From contig OX597828.1 of assembly GCA_951406725.2 (NCBI GenBank), forward strand, positions 58,466,001-58,530,000: a DNA stretch of 64,000 bases, in the 5' to 3' direction. This DNA comes from Octopus vulgaris (Eukaryota). Each line of letters starts with the position of its first letter. Position 1 is the first letter of the stretch. Positions 61,036 through 64,000 of the stretch are shown here, in pieces. A program made the translations under genes and the position numbers. A model generated the notes under the pieces. It was not told where the DNA came from and ran no database searches. It worked only from the letters and a program-made list of their open reading frames with translations.

Positions 61036-61739
61036 AGGCGGCATTGGCATTGGGGCGGCGCTATACCAATTTATTTTTGTTGGGGAATGTCTGGTTTGAA
61101 ATTATTTTTTGTTGAAACCTGTCAAATTTACTGAGGTAATACAACTTGCAGAAACTACCAATTCCATTTTTTTTTTTTTTGGTAGATATTTAACAGTTAC
61201 TGGAATAACTAAGATTTAAATTTGCAGTTAAAAGATTGAGAACAGAGCTTTTGATGCAAGAAAAATTAGTTGTAAATATAAATATATGTAGAAAGAGTTT
61301 TTTTGTAAAGTAGCCATCTCAACAACGAGAAACAATTTGGGAGAATGAAATATTTGAACAAAGCAACTCACTTTAAACCAGGAAAACAAGCTGTGACTTG
61401 TGAAGTAGGAAACAATTATAAAAAAGAGAGAAGCAAAACAGAAATATGATTAGCCTTCTTTGATACAGTAGTATGTTTAGCTGTAAGAAGAATTCAGTGA
61501 TGTCCACTGTCCTACATTAAGCTGTTAACTTCACTTTATCAAATAGCGGCCAATAAATGTTCCTTTTTTTTTTTTTCCATATAAAATTACATAATGTAAG
61601 CAAGTAAAAGGTAGGAGAGAGCAAGAGATGAGAGGGGGGGGGAATAAAAAGAGAAACAGACAATAATATCATTTATCTTTTACTTGTTTCAGTCATTAGA
61701 TTGTGGCCATGCTGGGGCACCACCTTGAAGAGTTTAGCT

Positions 61740-62057
61740 CAGTGGTTCTCAACTGGGGTTCATATGGCCCCTGAGATAGAGCATATGAAATTTTGGGGGT
61801 CCACGCAACAAAAGAATAAATTAGAGATCCCCAGTAGTGCTTTAAGGGCCCTAGAAAAAATTTTGCTTTAGATGTATGGCAAGAAACAGCTAGGTTTACA
61901 TGGTTCAACCTAAACAAGTGAATGTGGGGAAAACAAAATAGGGATTTTGAAAGGAAATTCTTTAAAACTAGTTTTTTTAGACATCAAATAATTATGTCCA
62001 CCAGAATAAAATAGTAGTCAAAGGGGTTTATAAATAAAAAATGGTTGAGAACTCCTG
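61740..62057. mobile_element. hAT (Charlie/Buster-type) MITE nested in a family C SINE
   Basis: CAGTGGTTCTCAAC...GTTGAGAACTCCTG TIRs; 8-bp TSD GTTTAGCT/GTTTAGCC with central TA. Confidence 0.85.
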
Positions 62058-62439
62058 GTTTAGCCAAACTAATTAACCCCAGTATTCATGTTTTAAAAGT
62101 CTGGTACTTATTCTACCAGTCTCTCTCATTGAATAGCTAACCAACACTAACTGTAAAGTGGTAGGTGAGACAAACACACACACACACACACACAAACACA
62201 TGCATATATTTAAATATATACAATAGTCTTAGACACAAGATTCATCTTCTAAATTCACTTACAAGTCATAGATCAACCCAGGGCTATAGTAGAAGGCAAT
62301 TGCCCAAGGTATTGCACAATGGAACTGAACCCAAAGCCATGTGATTGCAAAGTAAGCCTTATAACCACATGCACACACACACACACACTCTATATACACA
62401 CATATATCCAGTATAACCAACTTAATGCTAGCAGTAATG

Positions 62440-63141
62440 CTACACATAGATCTAGGACTAGGAAAGTTTTGTGGTTTAACCCAGCTTTCAATATGGCCAT
62501 ATAAACAAATATAGGAAGGGAATTCTTAAAATTAGTCTCTAGACATTTTCAACCTGACCATAAGTTTTATTTAATAGAAGAACGCTTAAGATCAGCTATT
62601 CTTGCTGCAAAAACTTCGCCTCTTTAATTAACCAACACAACAGTAGGATAACTGCTAATAATCATAGTGCCAATTCTCTTCTTAAAAATTGTAATTGCAA
62701 AGATGGGTCCTCCAGTCCGTTGAAAGGAAAATGTCTGGAGAAAGGAATCGTGTATAGAGCCAAGGTGTAGATTGAAGCTCACGCAAATACAGAACACATA
62801 CAGGGGCTTCTGAAAATTCTTTCAAAATCCATTTTTATTCGCATAAAAATTCCTTCAGATACCCCAAAAATAGGATGAAGATCAGCCTGGCAAAATTTGT
62901 CTGGGAATTAAAAGAAAAAGAAGCCCGACCTTTCAACGTGACATGGAGTATTTTGGATAGAGCTGCACCTTACAGGCATGGTGCACATAAAAGACCCATC
63001 AAATGTGGTTTATGCCTACTGGAAAAATATTTCATTTTATTCCAGGACAATAACTCTTTAAATCAAAGATGCGAACTCTTGAATTCCTGTAGACACGCAG
63101 CTAAATTTAAAATGTCGGCTAGCAATATACCATATGGATAG
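62440..63141 (+). mobile_element. Penelope-like element C-terminal region with GIY-YIG endonuclease, pseudogenised
   Basis: RKVLWFNPAF..TNIGREFL..KISYSC..CNC..GKCLEKGIVYRA..TYTG..SHKNSF..LAKFVWELK..CGLCLLEK..LNQRCELLNSCRH. Confidence 0.8.
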
Positions 63142-64000
63142 TGTATATTTTTGATTCTTGTTGGATTTATTGTATATATTTCGACATATTATTTTCTAGT
63201 TTAAGATTCTACTTTTATTTTATTTCATTTTATTGTATTTTATAAACCCATTTTAATCATTTAATTTATAGATAATTCGATATAGGGTGTTCTATTTTGC
63301 AGGTTTTTTCACCTGAATTTTATTATTATGCACTCAGCAAGTTTTTTCTTAAATAATGTTGTTTGTATATATACGTCAGGACCTAGACATGCTTTTATGT
63401 GGATGTTTGTATTGTTGGCATGCATATGTATTCGTATGTATGCGCCTATGTATATGTGTAAGTAAGCGTGTATGTTTATACTTGTGCACATACATGGATG
63501 TGTGTGTATTCAGGTATTCACTTGGATTTGTATGGATGTGTATTTACATACTTATTTCCATATATTTATATATGTGTGTATTTATTGCTAATATACACTT
63601 TTATATACACATGTTTACGTAATTTTATTTTGTGTACGTTCGTTACACATATTCAGCCTCCTATCTTTCTTTCTTTCTTTCTTTTCCTCCCTTAAGCAAA
63701 AGTACCCCCCCCATTCATTACTTGTAAAGAGTCCTTTAACTTTGCGAGGCATCTCTCCTTCGCTAACTGTTACATATAAGACCCTTCCCTTTTCTGTTTC
63801 TTTCCCCCTCTCTGCCTTTTACTTCTCGTCTATTTTTGCATGCGAGCAAGATTGCATACATACGTATATGTGTATTTGTGTGTGTAGTTACGTCTTACAT
63901 ATATATATGTATGTAGTCTGTGTATATCCATCTGTGTATTTTGATGTATATATGTACATTGATGGTTTAGTGGGCGTATATACTGTTGTAAAATATTTAT

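Overview
AT-rich, microsatellite- and retroposon-dense animal genomic DNA. The SINE/RTE repeat landscape suggests an octopus (coleoid cephalopod); this is an inference, not a database result. Three genes can be built by hand from splice sites: (1) the last six coding exons of an OSBPL10/11-type oxysterol-binding protein (+, 1662-10021) with a long basic C-terminal tail; (2) a SMYD4-like TPR-SET-MYND methyltransferase with an intronless 659-aa CDS (-, 15628-17607); (3) a complete 5-exon GET1/WRB ER insertase subunit (+, 35860-46162, 170 aa). A possible terminal exon of a fourth gene lies at 52213-52293 (-). The rest is mostly decayed mobile DNA: at least four SINE-like families (here labelled A-D), RTE and CR1 LINE pieces, Penelope-like fragments with minimal hammerhead-like motifs, Tc1/mariner, hAT- and piggyBac-type MITEs, a non-autonomous Helitron and three related solo-LTR-like elements. 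I see no clearly new multi-gene system. The best leads are a PHD finger inside the RT domain of an RTE LINE, near-identical inverted SINEs around an OSBPL exon (dsRNA/ADAR/circRNA candidate), hammerhead-like motifs, an LTR promoter module, a SINE concatemer just upstream of GET1, and telomere-motif MITEs. Repeat boundaries are approximate unless a TSD is given.
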